From: an uncultured Gammaproteobacteria bacterium
GTDB lineage: Bacteria; Pseudomonadota; Gammaproteobacteria; Pseudomonadales; Moraxellaceae
Assembly: GCA_963812025.1 (NCBI GenBank)
Contig: CAWETQ010000008.1
Span: forward strand, 39,214-103,213
Direction: 5' to 3'
Length of the DNA stretch: 64,000 nt
Position numbers and translations under genes: made by a program
Part shown: piece after piece, positions 42,417 through 54,468 of the stretch
How positions within the stretch are numbered: the stretch's first letter is position 1
Layout of the letters: each line of letters opens with the position of its first letter
The notes under the pieces: generated by a model
Databases searched by the model: none
What the model saw: only the letters and a program-made list of their open reading frames with translations
Told to the model about the DNA's origin: nothing

Positions 42417-42451
42417 AAAAAGGGCTGATGTTGATACATCAGCCCTTTTTT
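42417..42451 (+). terminator. dad operon terminator
   Basis: GGGCTGATGT-loop-ACATCAGCCC-T6. Confidence 0.9.
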
Positions 42452-42513
42452 ATTGAGCAATGCTCAGAATATAAAAATAACGCTTCTTTATTTTGATTAA
42501 AAAATAAATGCAA

Positions 42514-42532
42514 TTATATGATCATTATCATT
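42514..42532. promoter_or_regulatory. Possible Fur box
   Basis: TTATATGAT-C-ATTATCATT; right half matches the Fur consensus exactly, left half only partly. Confidence 0.35.
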
Positions 42533-42565
42533 TAATAGAACGCTTTGAAAATAAGAACAGTTTGG

Positions 42566-43681
42566 ATGCGAAATTATAAAATTGATGTACTACGTGGAAT
42601 CTCCATACTTTTAGTTTTATTCCACCATTTTAATATCCCTTATAAACTGCATGATACATTTTTAGGCGTACATATCTTTGGAGAAAGCTTGAGTACTTTA
42701 ATTGCCCGAAATGGTAATTATGGCGTGACGATGTTCTTCGTTATTTCAGGTTTTTTAATTACCCAACATGCCTTGCAACGCAGTGATTCGCTCGCTCAAA
42801 TTAATCTCAAAGAGTTCTATATTCGTCGCATTGCTCGAATAATGCCATGTTTGGTTTTATTGGTCGTAGTGGTAACTATGCTTGGAAGTTTGGGTTTAAA
42901 GCCATTTTTAAATCAAGCACCGAATGATATTGACGTATCTTATGGCTTAACCGTTTTCTCAGCTTTTACCTTTTGGATGAATATCCTGATTATTCAATAT
43001 GGCTGGGTCAATTATGCGCTTGGTGTGTTGTGGTCATTATCGGTAGAAGAAGTTTTTTATTTGGTTTTTCCAATGCTCTGTTTGCTATTGGGGCGTGGTA
43101 AAGGCCTTATTCTGTTTTTACTGGCTGTGATTTGTTATGCACCCTATTTCCGATCATTGCATTTTGCTGAGCAAAGTGGGGCATACCTTTATCATTATTT
43201 TTCCAGTTTTGATGGGATCGCAATCGGCTGTTTAACCGCTTTAATTGCACAGAAGTTTCAATTGAATGGAAAAATGAATCCGTCTCTCATTCTTTTTATT
43301 GCTTTATTGATGATTGGTCTTTATTTATATGCACCGATTAAAGAAGTGAGCACGTGGGGAATCAGTATATTTGCACTGTTATCCGCAGTGTTAATTTTCT
43401 GTTTTGCACAAAACCCTCAAGCAGCAGCTCAATCGAAAATGTCTAAAGCTCTGGTCTGGATCGGGCAACGCAGTTATGAAATGTATTTGTTTCATTTAAT
43501 TGTTTTGGGCTTGATTAAAGTTTTCTATTTTCCTAAACAAACTTTGCCAACCGAAAAATTAATATTGTTGCCCATATTTTTGATCGCGACGTTTATTTTG
43601 AGTTGGGCAATTGAAAAATATTATTCAGCACCATTGAATTTAAAAATTCGAACAAGATTGATTAAATCTGAACGTAGATAA
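42566..43681 (+). CDS. Acyltransferase-3 (OafA-like) membrane O-acyltransferase
   Basis: DVLRGISILLVLFHH, FFVISGFLI, RRIARI, WSLSVEE and SYEMYLFH motifs. Confidence 0.9.
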   Translation: MRNYKIDVLRGISILLVLFHHFNIPYKLHDTFLGVHIFGESLSTLIARNGNYGVTMFFVISGFLITQHALQRSDSLAQINLKEFYIRRIARIMPCLVLLVVVVTMLGSLGLKPFLNQAPNDIDVSYGLTVFSAFTFWMNILIIQYGWVNYALGVLWSLSVEEVFYLVFPMLCLLLGRGKGLILFLLAVICYAPYFRSLHFAEQSGAYLYHYFSSFDGIAIGCLTALIAQKFQLNGKMNPSLILFIALLMIGLYLYAPIKEVSTWGISIFALLSAVLIFCFAQNPQAAAQSKMSKALVWIGQRSYEMYLFHLIVLGLIKVFYFPKQTLPTEKLILLPIFLIATFILSWAIEKYYSAPLNLKIRTRLIKSERR

Positions 43682-43759
43682 AAATTTGCATGCGATTTTG
43701 TAACGAGGAAATCAGGCAGTAGGTATTGCCTTGGTTTGAAGAGGAAAACGAGAGAGAAT

Positions 43760-43788
43760 AAAAAAGCCTCGAATGATTCGAGGCTTTT
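43760..43788. terminator. Bidirectional terminator
   Basis: A6-GCCTCGAA-TGA-TTCGAGGC-T4. Confidence 0.85.
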
Positions 43789-43813
43789 AAAAAACTTTCA
43801 GGATTAAACAGGA

Positions 43814-44266
43814 TTAAAACTGCGGCTTCACCACCACTAAGATCACCACTGCAAATAAAATCAGGGTGGGCATTTCATTAAAGAAACGCCAGAACTTATG
43901 TGACTTGTAATGCGCATTGCCAATCAGTTTTGTACGGTAATAACCACAAACAAAATGGTAAATGACCAATAAACCAACCAAGCCAACCTTTAAGTAAAAC
44001 CATAACGCTTCATGATAGTGGCGCGTTGCATCGCCCCAATCTACCAAAAAGTGCGCCGTGATGAGTGTGGCAATCATAGATGGCCACATAATACCGCGGT
44101 ACAACTTACGTTCCATAATTTCAAAACGCTGATGACTGACGGCATCATCACTCATGGCATGGTAAACATATAACCGTGGTAAGTAGAACAATGCAGCGAA
44201 CCAGCAGACCACAGCGATAATATGTAATGCTTTTACCCACAAGAAAGCATCAGAAGGTGCGTCCAT
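43814..44266 (-). CDS. hemJ: Protoporphyrinogen oxidase HemJ
   Basis: WVKALHIIAVVCWFAALFYLPRLYVYH; FNEMPT; VVVKP. Confidence 0.93.
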   Translation of the reverse strand: MDAPSDAFLWVKALHIIAVVCWFAALFYLPRLYVYHAMSDDAVSHQRFEIMERKLYRGIMWPSMIATLITAHFLVDWGDATRHYHEALWFYLKVGLVGLLVIYHFVCGYYRTKLIGNAHYKSHKFWRFFNEMPTLILFAVVILVVVKPQF

Positions 44267-44285
44267 CGATAATCCTATTTAGGGA

Positions 44286-45516
44286 TTATGCATCCCATTT
44301 CTTGAAAACGAGGCAGGCGTTTACACCGCCAAAGCCAAAACTGTTACTCATCACAGTATTCAGTTTTGCGTCACGTTTTTCAAGTACGATGTCATAACCT
44401 TTTGTACCTTCATCAAGTTCAGTCACGTTGATGTTTGGTGCAATAAAGTCATTTTGCATCATTAGGATAGAATAAATTGCTTCTTGCACACCCGCAGCAC
44501 CTAAGCTATGACCTGTCATAGATTTAGTTGAACTAAGTGGTGGTACATGACCTTCACCAAAGGCACGACCCATGGCTTGAAGTTCAGTGATATCACCTGC
44601 AGGGGTAGACGTACCGTGGGTATTTACATAGTCAATGGTATCTACACCATGTTGTTTTGCTTCTGCTAATGCCATCAGGATACAACGTGTTGCACCTTCA
44701 CCACTTGGCGCAACCATATCTGCACCATCAGAGTTAGCTGCATAACCAACCACTTCAGCCAAGAATATTTGCACCGCGAGCTTGAGCATGTTCAAGTGAT
44801 TCAAGTACCACGAAACCACCACCGCCAGCAATCACAAAACCATCACGGTCAGCTGAATAAGGGCGAGATGCTTTTTCAGGGGTGTCATTGTATTTAGAAC
44901 AAAGCGCACCCATTGCATCAAACAATAAACTTTGTGACCAGTGATCTTCTTCACCGCCACCAGCGAGCATTAAATCTTGTTTGCCCATTTGAATTAGGTT
45001 GTAAGCATAACCAATGGCATCGGCAGACGTTGCACAAGCACTGGTAATCGAATGCGCTACACCTTGAAGCTTAAATGCTACACCCACGTTTGCAGTAATG
45101 GTGTTAGACATATTACGCGGTACAAAGAATGGTCCGACTTTACGTGCGCCTTTGGTGTCTAACAGTTCTTTCATTTCAATGACAGAAGCTGTTGAACCAC
45201 CACCTGAACCACCCGCGATTCCGTAACGAGGATTGCCTGCTAAATCGCCGACTTGTAAACCCGCATGTTCTACAGCTGCAACGGCAGCGTTATAGGCATA
45301 CATCGCACACACGCCCATAAAGCGTTTTAATTTACGGTCAATATTGTCAAAGTCTTGTTCTGCTGCTGCACTCACGTGGCTTTTAAAATTGAGTTCAGCA
45401 TAAGTTGGGTTAAAACGTGTCCCAGAAATCCCATTTTGTAAAGAATTTGTTACTTCTTCTAAAGAATTACCGATGCATGAGTTGATCCCCATGCCAGTGA
45501 TTACAACACGTTTCAT
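44286..45516 (-). CDS. fabB: Beta-ketoacyl-ACP synthase I (one +1 insertion near 44761 as sequenced)
   Basis: [41 protein letters not shown]. Confidence 0.9.
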
Positions 45517-45793
45517 CTACAGATCCCTTATATGGTAGTGATTGAGCAAATGCAGCTAAATAAATCTTTTGCCTCAAGCAAAAACAGCGCGTTACTCAGG
45601 TATTTCAATTACATTCATAATAGCAGAAAGATTTTTGAATTCTTATGGCAAATATTATGCCTATTTACCTGTCGGTGTATTTGCGAGATTCCCGTCATGC
45701 AATTAACTAAAAAATACACATTCATATTGAGATAAACTTAGACTATGCCTAGTATTTATCAATAATTGTAAGAATCGAAAACGAGGATAAAGA

Positions 45794-47227
45794 ATGACTG
45801 ATAGTAATAATAAACATTCGCATAGTTTCTTCTCAAATGCCTTTGGAGTGGCTAAAAAGATCAGTGCAACTGGAATGGGTGTGCTGAGTCATGTCGCTTC
45901 AGACAGTGTGACGAAGGCGATGCAGCCCTCAAAAAATGCTCAGGTGTTTGAGGGAAGTTCACGTCATATGCGCCCATTTGAATCGCCAAAATATGATAAT
46001 CCTCAACAAATGCTGCGCGAGTATTTGCCCAATGTTTCTAAACAATTACTGGGTCGCCAATATAGTAAAGTGAGTCGTGTTGCAAATTTGGTTTCTCCAG
46101 AATTTTCAGAGCAATTATCGGACTATTTTTTTGATCATCTGAATCAATTTACCTCGGATTTAAGCTCTGTAGATCTGGTGCTTGATCAAGCAGGCGCGCG
46201 AGATTTAGAAGAACTGACGCTAGATGTAGATCGTTCCAAGCGAATTAGCCAAGCATTGGCAGAACAAAATAAATGGATTGCATCAGTGCAAGGTGCGGTA
46301 ACAGGTGCCACAGGTGTTATAGGCTCCGCAATTGATGTTCCTCTGTCCTTAGTGATGTCTTTACGCATGATTTATCAGGTTGGACGTGCTTATGGTTTTG
46401 AACTGAATAAAGAAACAGAACAAGATATCGTGCAGTTTGTGTTTAAACAAATTGATTTGGGCATGATTGCAGAGAAACAAAGTGTTTTGATGGCGCTAAA
46501 AGCTTTATCAAATCTGTTGCAAACACACGATATTTCTCAATTCCAACAGATGTTGGGTTCAAGTAATGATATTGAGTCGCTAAAAAAATGGTTGGTCAAT
46601 GAAAATGGTGAAATGAAATGGGATTGGTTGAATCATCTTCCTAAAGTTTCATTGCTGGGTAAATTGACACCTGTTGTTGGTGCAAGCATTGGTGCGGCAT
46701 ATAGTTGGAAAATGGTTGAAGACGTAAACCAGAAAGCGCAACAAATATTTTCACATGCGCGAAGTTATTTACAGCAGCATCAAGGTGTGGAATTGTCGGC
46801 TATTGCTGCTTATGAAAAATCATTAGAATTACTGGCACAAGCAACGCCAAAACTGTTAGATCATTTTGCGAAAGCGGATGTGGCTGCGAGTGAAATTAAA
46901 TTAGATCAGGACATTCAGCTCGATAATCATCAGACCATTTCTAAAGTGACCATCAGAAAGAAAACAGATGCTCTAAAAGTAGACGAAACTGAAAAAAGTC
47001 AAAAAGTTCAACAGGGTTTAGAACAATTGGCTGAACAAATGGTTGAGCAACATGAATATGTCGAACCTCAAAAACCGGCCATTTCTGTAGAAGAATTTGA
47101 ATTGGATGAGTATGCGGCGGACGATAATTGTGTGGAAGAGGGCATGGATCAATCTGCTCCCATTCAGCCTCAAGCAAATGATGAACCTGTCGCTGTCAAG
47201 AAAAAAGTTACAAAAAAGAAATCATAA
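45794..47227 (+). CDS. EcsC family protein
   Basis: GAVTGATGVIGSAIDVP..IYQVGRAYGF core; acidic C-terminal tail. Confidence 0.75.
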   Translation: MTDSNNKHSHSFFSNAFGVAKKISATGMGVLSHVASDSVTKAMQPSKNAQVFEGSSRHMRPFESPKYDNPQQMLREYLPNVSKQLLGRQYSKVSRVANLVSPEFSEQLSDYFFDHLNQFTSDLSSVDLVLDQAGARDLEELTLDVDRSKRISQALAEQNKWIASVQGAVTGATGVIGSAIDVPLSLVMSLRMIYQVGRAYGFELNKETEQDIVQFVFKQIDLGMIAEKQSVLMALKALSNLLQTHDISQFQQMLGSSNDIESLKKWLVNENGEMKWDWLNHLPKVSLLGKLTPVVGASIGAAYSWKMVEDVNQKAQQIFSHARSYLQQHQGVELSAIAAYEKSLELLAQATPKLLDHFAKADVAASEIKLDQDIQLDNHQTISKVTIRKKTDALKVDETEKSQKVQQGLEQLAEQMVEQHEYVEPQKPAISVEEFELDEYAADDNCVEEGMDQSAPIQPQANDEPVAVKKKVTKKKS

Positions 47228-47308
47228 AAGCACAGCATGAAGTCTACTAAATGCTTTCAAACGGTCTAAATACAAGGAAATGGTTAATATTTGACATCAC
47301 GCCGAATA

Positions 47309-47337
47309 TTGACCATTTTTCTATCTTGGCTTACAAT
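47309..47337 (+). promoter_or_regulatory. sigma70 promoter of the str operon
   Basis: TTGACC-17 nt-TACAAT upstream of rpsL. Confidence 0.7.
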
Positions 47338-47396
47338 TGCGTGCCCTCGAAAAGTAGTATTTTTTTGAGGCTTTTTATTAACGGGAGATTTGCCAA

Positions 47397-47771
47397 ATGG
47401 CAACAACAAATCAGTTGATCCGTAAGGGTCGTACGACTTTGGTTGAAAAATCAAAAGTTCCTGCGTTGAAGGCTTGTCCACAACGTCGTGGTGTTTGTAC
47501 ACGTGTTTACACAACTACACCTAAAAAACCTAACTCAGCAATGCGTAAAGTTTGCCGTGTTCGCTTAACTTCAGGCTTTGAAGTATCAAGCTATATCGGT
47601 GGTGAAGGCCATAACTTACAAGAGCACAGTGTTGTTCTTATCCGTGGTGGTCGTGTTAAAGACTTACCAGGTGTACGTTACCATACCGTTCGTGGTTCTT
47701 TAGACTGCGCTGGTGTTAAAGATCGTAACCAGTCTCGTTCTAAATACGGTACTAAACGTCCTAAGAAATAA
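47397..47771 (+). CDS. rpsL: 30S ribosomal protein S12
   Basis: [13 protein letters not shown]; [10 protein letters not shown]. Confidence 0.99.
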   Translation: MATTNQLIRKGRTTLVEKSKVPALKACPQRRGVCTRVYTTTPKKPNSAMRKVCRVRLTSGFEVSSYIGGEGHNLQEHSVVLIRGGRVKDLPGVRYHTVRGSLDCAGVKDRNQSRSKYGTKRPKK

Positions 47772-47867
47772 TCTTTCGAGATTGTTTTTAAAAACGTAGA
47801 ACCGCAATCCTTTATCGTCTCGCTTGTCTGATTTCTGCATTTAATTTTGTGAAATTCAAGCGACGTG

Positions 47868-47930
47868 TAGTAAGGCCAGCTAACAGTACATGACACTTTG
47901 TACTCATGCTGGATAAACCTGAAGTGTCAT
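47868..47930 (+). promoter_or_regulatory. S7 autoregulatory RNA element (rpsL-rpsG spacer)
   Basis: GTAAGGCCAGC..GCTGGATAAACCTGAAG resembles the E. coli str spacer GTAAGGCCA..TGGACAATCCTGAA. Confidence 0.65.
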
Positions 47931-47948
47931 ATTTATAGGTGTATTAAA

Positions 47949-48419
47949 ATGCCAAGACGTCGCGTAGTCGCTGCCCGTGAAATCCTTCCGGATCCTAAGT
48001 TCGGCAGCCAAACAATCGCTAAATTCATGAACCACGTAATGCAAGATGGTAAAAAATCTATTGCTGAAAGTATCGTTTACGGTGCTTTAGACCGCGTTCA
48101 AGAAAAAAGCAAAGTAGACCCAGTTGAATTTTTCGAGACTACTCTTGAAAAAGTTCGTCCTATGGTCGAAGTAAAAGCACGCCGTGTTGGTGGTGCTACT
48201 TATCAAGTGCCTATGGAAGTACGCCCATCCCGTCGTACTGCCTTAGCTATGCGCTGGTTAGTAGATGCTGCTGCTAAGCGTTCTGAAAAAACGATGGCTT
48301 TACGTCTTGCTGGTGAGTTGCTTGATGCAGCTGAAGGTAAAGGCTCAGCTATTAAAAAACGTGAAGATGTGCATCGTATGGCTGAAGCCAACAAAGCATT
48401 CTCTCACTACCGTTTCTAA
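47949..48419 (+). CDS. rpsG: 30S ribosomal protein S7
   Basis: MPRRRVV start at 47949; [11 protein letters not shown]. Confidence 0.99.
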   Translation: MPRRRVVAAREILPDPKFGSQTIAKFMNHVMQDGKKSIAESIVYGALDRVQEKSKVDPVEFFETTLEKVRPMVEVKARRVGGATYQVPMEVRPSRRTALAMRWLVDAAAKRSEKTMALRLAGELLDAAEGKGSAIKKREDVHRMAEANKAFSHYRF

Positions 48420-48549
48420 GCGGATAAAACAGCCCCTAGTCAGGAGGGTGGTGAGTCAGTTTCACTGAATTGTCATCGAATCGCTTTAAGTTGCTACGCA
48501 GCTTAAAGCGTCCTGTTTTAAACAACAAAATTTAGGAATGCAAGAAATC

Positions 48550-50691
48550 ATGGCTCGTCAAACCCCAATTTCTCGTTACCGTAACATTGGTATTTCAGCA
48601 CACATTGATGCTGGTAAAACCACGACTACCGAACGTATTTTGTTCTACACAGGTGTATCTCACAAAATTGGTGAAGTACATGATGGTGCAGCAACAATGG
48701 ACTGGATGGAACAAGAGCAAGAACGTGGTATTACCATTACTTCTGCTGCTACAACTTGTTTCTGGTCTGGTATGGGTAAACAATTCCCAGAACACCGTAT
48801 TAACGTAATTGACACCCCAGGACACGTTGACTTCACAATTGAAGTTGAGCGTTCTATGCGTGTTCTTGACGGTGCGTGCATGGTTTACTGTGCTGTAGGT
48901 GGTGTTCAACCTCAGTCTGAAACTGTATGGCGTCAAGCAAATAAATATAAAGTACCTCGTTTAGCATTCGTGAACAAGATGGACCGTACTGGTGCAAACT
49001 TCTTCCGTGTTGTTGAACAAATGAGTACGCGTTTAGGTGCTCATCCTGTACCTGTAGTAATTCCAATTGGTGCTGAAGATACATTCGCAGGTGTTGTTGA
49101 CCTGATCGAAATGAAAGCAATCATTTGGGATGAAAAATCTCAAGGTATGGAATTTGAATACGGTGAGATCCCGGCTGAACTTCAAGTTGCTACTGCTGAA
49201 GAATGGCGTACTAACATGGTTGAAGCTGCTGCAGAAGCATCTGAAGAGTTGATGGATAAATACCTAGAAGAAGGTGAGCTTTCTAAAGAAGACATCGTTG
49301 CTGGTATTCGTGCACAAACTTTGGCTGGTCAAATCCAACCAATGCTTTGTGGTACAGCGTTCAAAAACAAAGGTGTTCAACGTATGTTGGATGCTGTGAT
49401 TGAATTCTTGCCATCACCTACAGAAGTTAAGCCAATCGAAGGTATTCTTGACGACAAAGCTGAAACTAAAGCTATTCGTGAAGCATCTGACGAAGCGCCG
49501 TTCTCTGCACTTGCATTCAAAATCATGAATGACAAGTTCGTAGGTAACTTAACTTTCGTACGTGTTTATTCTGGTGTGCTTAAACAAGGCGACCCAGTAT
49601 ATAACCCAGTTAAAGGTAAACGTGAACGTATTGGCCGTATCGTGCAAATGCACGCTAACGATCGTCAAGACGTTGAAGAAATCCGCGCTGGTGATATCGC
49701 TGCATGTGTAGGTCTTAAAGACGTTACCACTGGTGATACACTATGTGATGAGAAAAACGTCATTACTTTAGAGCGTATGGAATTCCCTGAGCCAGTAATT
49801 TCTTTAGCTGTAGAGCCTAAGACAAAAGCTGACCAAGAAAAAATGTCTATCGCTTTAGGTCGTTTGGCTAAAGAAGATCCATCGTTCCGTGTTCGCACAG
49901 ACGAAGAATCTGGTCAAACGATTATTGCTGGTATGGGTGAGCTTCACCTTGACATCCTTGTTGACCGTATGAAACGTGAGTTTGGCGTTGAAGCGAACAT
50001 TGGTAAACCAATGGTTGCTTACCGCGAAACAATCAAAAAGACTGTTGAGCAAGAAGGCAAATTCGTACGTCAAACAGGTGGTAAAGGTAAATTCGGTCAT
50101 GTATATGTTCGTTTAGAGCCTATGAATGTCGAAGAAGCTGGTAAAGAATACGTATTCGCTGAAGAAGTTGTCGGTGGTACTGTACCTAAAGAATTCTTTG
50201 GTGCAGTTGATAAAGGTATTCAAGAACGTATGAAGAATGGTGTATTGGCTGGTTACCCTGTTGTGGGTATCAAAGCGACATTATTTGATGGTTCTTACCA
50301 TGATGTCGATTCTGACGAATTATCGTTCAAAATGGCAGGTTCTTATGCCTTCCGTGATGGTTTCATGAAAGCGGATCCTATCCTTCTTGAACCAATCATG
50401 AAAGTTGAAGTAGAAACTCCAGAAGACTACATGGGCGATATCATGGGTGACTTAAACCGTCGTCGTGGTATGGTTCAGGGTATGGAAGACTTACCTGGTG
50501 GTACTAAAGCAATTAAAGCTGAAGTTCCATTGGCTGAGATGTTTGGTTACGCAACTTCTATGCGTTCTATGTCTCAAGGTCGTGCGACCTACTCTATGGA
50601 ATTTGCTAAATATGCTGAAACTCCACGTAACGTGGCTGAAGGCATCATTTCTAAGTTCCAATCTGGCGGTAAAAAAGGTGACGACGAGTAA
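48550..50691 (+). CDS. fusA: Elongation factor G
   Basis: [28 protein letters not shown]. Confidence 0.99.
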   Translation: MARQTPISRYRNIGISAHIDAGKTTTTERILFYTGVSHKIGEVHDGAATMDWMEQEQERGITITSAATTCFWSGMGKQFPEHRINVIDTPGHVDFTIEVERSMRVLDGACMVYCAVGGVQPQSETVWRQANKYKVPRLAFVNKMDRTGANFFRVVEQMSTRLGAHPVPVVIPIGAEDTFAGVVDLIEMKAIIWDEKSQGMEFEYGEIPAELQVATAEEWRTNMVEAAAEASEELMDKYLEEGELSKEDIVAGIRAQTLAGQIQPMLCGTAFKNKGVQRMLDAVIEFLPSPTEVKPIEGILDDKAETKAIREASDEAPFSALAFKIMNDKFVGNLTFVRVYSGVLKQGDPVYNPVKGKRERIGRIVQMHANDRQDVEEIRAGDIAACVGLKDVTTGDTLCDEKNVITLERMEFPEPVISLAVEPKTKADQEKMSIALGRLAKEDPSFRVRTDEESGQTIIAGMGELHLDILVDRMKREFGVEANIGKPMVAYRETIKKTVEQEGKFVRQTGGKGKFGHVYVRLEPMNVEEAGKEYVFAEEVVGGTVPKEFFGAVDKGIQERMKNGVLAGYPVVGIKATLFDGSYHDVDSDELSFKMAGSYAFRDGFMKADPILLEPIMKVEVETPEDYMGDIMGDLNRRRGMVQGMEDLPGGTKAIKAEVPLAEMFGYATSMRSMSQGRATYSMEFAKYAETPRNVAEGIISKFQSGGKKGDDE

Positions 50692-50783
50692 TCTTTCGAT
50701 TACTATAAGCCCAAACTAATTCATAGTTAAAAACCAAGTGCTCATGGGTTAACCCCCATGAGTAGTTTAAAAAGGAAGATCTC

Positions 50784-51974
50784 ATGGCTAAGGCTAAGTT
50801 TGAACGTAATAAGCCACACGTAAACGTGGGCACAATTGGTCACGTTGACCATGGTAAAACAACTTTAACTGCTGCGATTGCAACAATTTGTGCAAAAACT
50901 TACGGCGGTGAAGCTAAAGACTACGCAGCAATTGACTCTGCACCAGAAGAAAAAGCACGTGGTATTACCATTAATACTTCACACGTAGAATACGATTCTG
51001 CAGTTCGTCACTACGCTCACGTAGACTGCCCAGGTCACGCCGATTATGTTAAAAACATGATCACTGGTGCTGCTCAAATGGACGGTGCAATCCTTGTATG
51101 TGCTGCGACTGATGGTCCTATGCCACAAACTCGTGAACACATCCTTTTGTCTCGTCAGGTTGGTGTACCTTACATTCTTGTATTCCTTAACAAGTGTGAC
51201 CTTGTTGATGACGAAGAATTACTTGAATTAGTAGAAATGGAAGTTCGTGAACTTCTTTCTACTTATGACTTCCCAGGTGATGATACTCCAATCATCCGTG
51301 GTTCAGCGCTTCAAGCGTTAAACGGTAACGAAGGTCCTTATGGCGAATCTGCTGTAATCGAATTGGTTGCTGCGCTTGATTCTTACATTCCTGAACCAGA
51401 ACGTGCGATCGATAAAGCATTCCTTATGCCAATCGAAGATGTATTCTCTATCTCTGGTCGTGGTACTGTAGTTACTGGTCGTGTTGAATCTGGTATCGTT
51501 AAAGTTGGCGAATCAGTTGAAATCGTTGGTATTAAAGATACAGTAGTGACTACTGTAACTGGCGTAGAAATGTTCCGTAAATTGCTTGACGAAGGTCGTG
51601 CTGGCGAGAACTGTGGTGTTTTACTACGTGGTACTAAACGTGAAGACGTTCAACGTGGTCAAGTACTTGCTAAACCAGGTACAATCAAACCGCATACTAA
51701 GTTTGATGCTGAAGTATACGTACTTTCTAAAGAAGAGGGTGGTCGTCATACTCCATTCCTTAACGGTTACCGTCCACAATTCTATTTCCGTACAACTGAC
51801 GTAACTGGCGCAATCCAATTACAAGAAGGCGTGGAAATGGTTATGCCTGGTGACAACGTAGAAATGTCAGTAGAACTCATTCACCCAATCGCAATGGACC
51901 CAGGTCTACGTTTTGCGATTCGTGAAGGTGGTCGTACTGTAGGCGCTGGTGTTGTTGCGAAAGTAACTCTATAA
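50784..51974 (+). CDS. tuf: Elongation factor Tu
   Basis: [26 protein letters not shown]. Confidence 0.99.
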   Translation: MAKAKFERNKPHVNVGTIGHVDHGKTTLTAAIATICAKTYGGEAKDYAAIDSAPEEKARGITINTSHVEYDSAVRHYAHVDCPGHADYVKNMITGAAQMDGAILVCAATDGPMPQTREHILLSRQVGVPYILVFLNKCDLVDDEELLELVEMEVRELLSTYDFPGDDTPIIRGSALQALNGNEGPYGESAVIELVAALDSYIPEPERAIDKAFLMPIEDVFSISGRGTVVTGRVESGIVKVGESVEIVGIKDTVVTTVTGVEMFRKLLDEGRAGENCGVLLRGTKREDVQRGQVLAKPGTIKPHTKFDAEVYVLSKEEGGRHTPFLNGYRPQFYFRTTDVTGAIQLQEGVEMVMPGDNVEMSVELIHPIAMDPGLRFAIREGGRTVGAGVVAKVTL

Positions 51975-51988
51975 TCGCTTTATAGTAT

Positions 51989-52017
51989 AAAAAAGCGCTC
52001 CTTTGGGGCGCTTTTTT
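51989..52017 (+). terminator. str operon terminator
   Basis: GCGCTCC-TTT-GGGGCGC-T6. Confidence 0.9.
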
Positions 52018-52174
52018 ATTGCCTTAAAATTATAAACTTAATCATTGTCTAACAATTTATTTTAAAGCTGTCCTTATGTGATATTTCTCTGACCTGATCT
52101 GCTCTTATTCTCTTAATTTAAACTCGTATGATGAATCAAGAGTAGTCATAAAAAGAAGATTAGGAGTAATAGGC

Positions 52175-53050
52175 ATGAATGCTAAAGTAAATATTTCAAA
52201 TCGTGCGGGTGCAAGTTTTCCTGTTCGTCGCATGGATTTTGAGTTTGGTGAAGTGGTACGTTATTGGGCAAGCGGTGATGCGGGACTGACCCATTTTATG
52301 ACGGCATTATCTGCCTTGTTTCCTGAAGGTGAGCAGTTTTTTGTTGATAGTACACGTGCGGTACGCAAAAATCCAAAACTCAGTGATCCTGATTTACAAA
52401 GGGAAATTAGTGCCTTTATTGGCCAAGAGGCTATGCATTCTAAAGAGCATTTGGCTTTTAATGCTTCTGCTCAAGCGTATGGTTATGATGTTAGAAGCAT
52501 GGAAAATCAGACAGGAAAAGTCATTAAAACAGGCACAAAAGTCGTTGCTCAATTACTAAAACCCTTTGGTTTTAGCAAGGAAATGATTGATTTAACAGGG
52601 ACGTGTGCTTTAGAGCATTTTACAGCAGTCATTGCTGCCGAATTATTGCAAAATGAAGATGTTCAGGCCATCTTTAACAATCAAACCATGTATCAGTTAT
52701 GGATGTGGCATGCAATTGAAGAAAATGAACATAAAGCGGTTGTGTTTGATGTTTATACAGCAATGTATGGGCGTGGTTTGAAAGCATATGGCATGCGTGC
52801 AACAGCAATGATTTTGGCTATGACCCTTATTTTTATAACGCAATCTTATTTTACCGCTCAATTAATGAAAACTGACCGAAAATTGACATGGAAAGACAGT
52901 AAATATATGTTGAAATTTATGTATGGTCGTCAAGGTTTTATCACTCGCCAAATTCCTGAGATGTTAGATTTCTTCCGCCCTAATTTCCATCCAAATGATA
53001 GCAATACAGATCAGTTGTTGGCAGACTGGAAGTTAAAATTGGGATTCTGA
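52175..53050 (+). CDS. Predicted metal-dependent hydrolase
   Basis: FPEGEQFF, QEAMHSKEH, ALEHFTA, WHAIEENEHK and FHP motifs. Confidence 0.85.
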   Translation: MNAKVNISNRAGASFPVRRMDFEFGEVVRYWASGDAGLTHFMTALSALFPEGEQFFVDSTRAVRKNPKLSDPDLQREISAFIGQEAMHSKEHLAFNASAQAYGYDVRSMENQTGKVIKTGTKVVAQLLKPFGFSKEMIDLTGTCALEHFTAVIAAELLQNEDVQAIFNNQTMYQLWMWHAIEENEHKAVVFDVYTAMYGRGLKAYGMRATAMILAMTLIFITQSYFTAQLMKTDRKLTWKDSKYMLKFMYGRQGFITRQIPEMLDFFRPNFHPNDSNTDQLLADWKLKLGF

Positions 53051-53067
53051 TTCGAGTGCTAATATTG

Positions 53068-53096
53068 AAAAGGGCAAACAAAATTGCCCTTTTTTT
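53068..53096 (+). terminator. Rho-independent terminator
   Basis: GGGCAA-loop-TTGCCC-T7. Confidence 0.8.
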
Positions 53097-53160
53097 GTAT
53101 TGGTGTTGTGAGCTGATGCTTTATAATATCAACGACTAAATTAAAAATTTGTTGCTACAC

Positions 53161-53620
53161 ATGATACGTTCAATGCATACCTCTGATCTCGCGGCAGTGA
53201 CCGCAATTGAACAACTGGTTCAAACCCATCCATGGACGGTAAAACAGTTTGAAGAATCAATAGATTCTTATCACAGTACCGTGATTGAACAGCAAGGGCA
53301 GGTGGTTGGGTTTCTGTATCTTACAACCCGTGTTAGATGAAGCAAATCTTTTGCTGATGGCTATTCATCCGAGTCAACAAGGCAAAGGGTTGGGTTATCA
53401 ATTACTTGAAGCTTCGATTGCGCAATTGAAAAATGATCCGCTGCAAATTTTTTTAGAAGTGCGAGAAAGTAATCAAGCGGCGATCGCACTGTATGAAAAA
53501 TCAGGTTTTCATCAAATTGATTTACGTAAAAATTATTATCCCAATGCGAATGGTACTCGTGAGCATGCCATTATTATGGTCAAATCATGCAGTGATGATT
53601 TTTCAAAACTGTTTAAATAA
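53161..53620 (+). CDS. rimI: Ribosomal protein S18 alanine N-acetyltransferase (one +1 insertion near 53314)
   Basis: HPW, QGKGLG, LEVRESN..A..LY..GF and RKNYY motifs across two frames. Confidence 0.88.
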
Positions 53621-53631
53621 TCAATAAACGG

Positions 53632-54447
53632 TTATTTAATAATTGGGTTATTCCAACCAGAGGGCAATGTCGTCATGAGTGAGTTTCCCAATTGTTGAAT
53701 TTCTTCTGGATTGAGCATGCGATTTAAACGTCGCCATTGCCCATCAATCAATAATTCTAAAGGCACATATTGAGATTTATAATTCATTTTATCGGAATGA
53801 GGCACCCAATAGCCTAAATAGACATAGGGTAAGCTGAGCGCTTTGGCATGTTCAATTTGTTTAAGCACTGCAAAAACGCCTAAAGAGCGGCGATTTTCAT
53901 CTGGATCGAAAAAAGTATAAACCGCGGAAAGACCATCATCTAAAGGGTCACAGCTAGATACGCTAATTAAGCGATCATCTTTCCAAAATTCTAGAAAGAA
54001 ACTGTCTGTACAGCTATGCACTAAAAATTTTTCAAATTGATCTTGACTGGGTGGAAACATATCGCCATCTGCATGGCGCTCATTAATATAGCGTTCATAT
54101 AAGTTGTAATGAATTGCAGAGGCATCCGCAGTACGTGTGATTTTCACTGTGAGGTCTTGATTGCGTTTCCATGCTTTTTTTTGTGAACTGTTCATCTGAA
54201 ATTCAGCGACAGGGACACGACAAGATAAGCATTGTCGGCATAAGTGGCATTCAGGACGATAGACAAAATCGCCGCTGCGACGAAAGCCTGTACGTGATAA
54301 TTCGGATAGCGTGACCACGTCAATTCGATGCACAGGATCTAAAAAAACCATCCGCGCAGACTTATTTTCTAGGTAGCTACAGCTATGTGGCGGCGTAATA
54401 TAATACTGTAAATCATTTAATCGGGACTTTGGGTGATACGAATTCAT
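53632..54447 (-). CDS. Arginyl-tRNA-protein transferase family (Ate/Bpt)
   Basis: CSYL, GFRRSG..YRPEC, SAVYTFFDP, YLGYW..KMNYK. Confidence 0.9.
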   Translation of the reverse strand: MNSYHPKSRLNDLQYYITPPHSCSYLENKSARMVFLDPVHRIDVVTLSELSRTGFRRSGDFVYRPECHLCRQCLSCRVPVAEFQMNSSQKKAWKRNQDLTVKITRTADASAIHYNLYERYINERHADGDMFPPSQDQFEKFLVHSCTDSFFLEFWKDDRLISVSSCDPLDDGLSAVYTFFDPDENRRSLGVFAVLKQIEHAKALSLPYVYLGYWVPHSDKMNYKSQYVPLELLIDGQWRRLNRMLNPEEIQQLGNSLMTTLPSGWNNPIIK

Positions 54448-54468
54448 AGCAAGATCCCTCTATTATTG

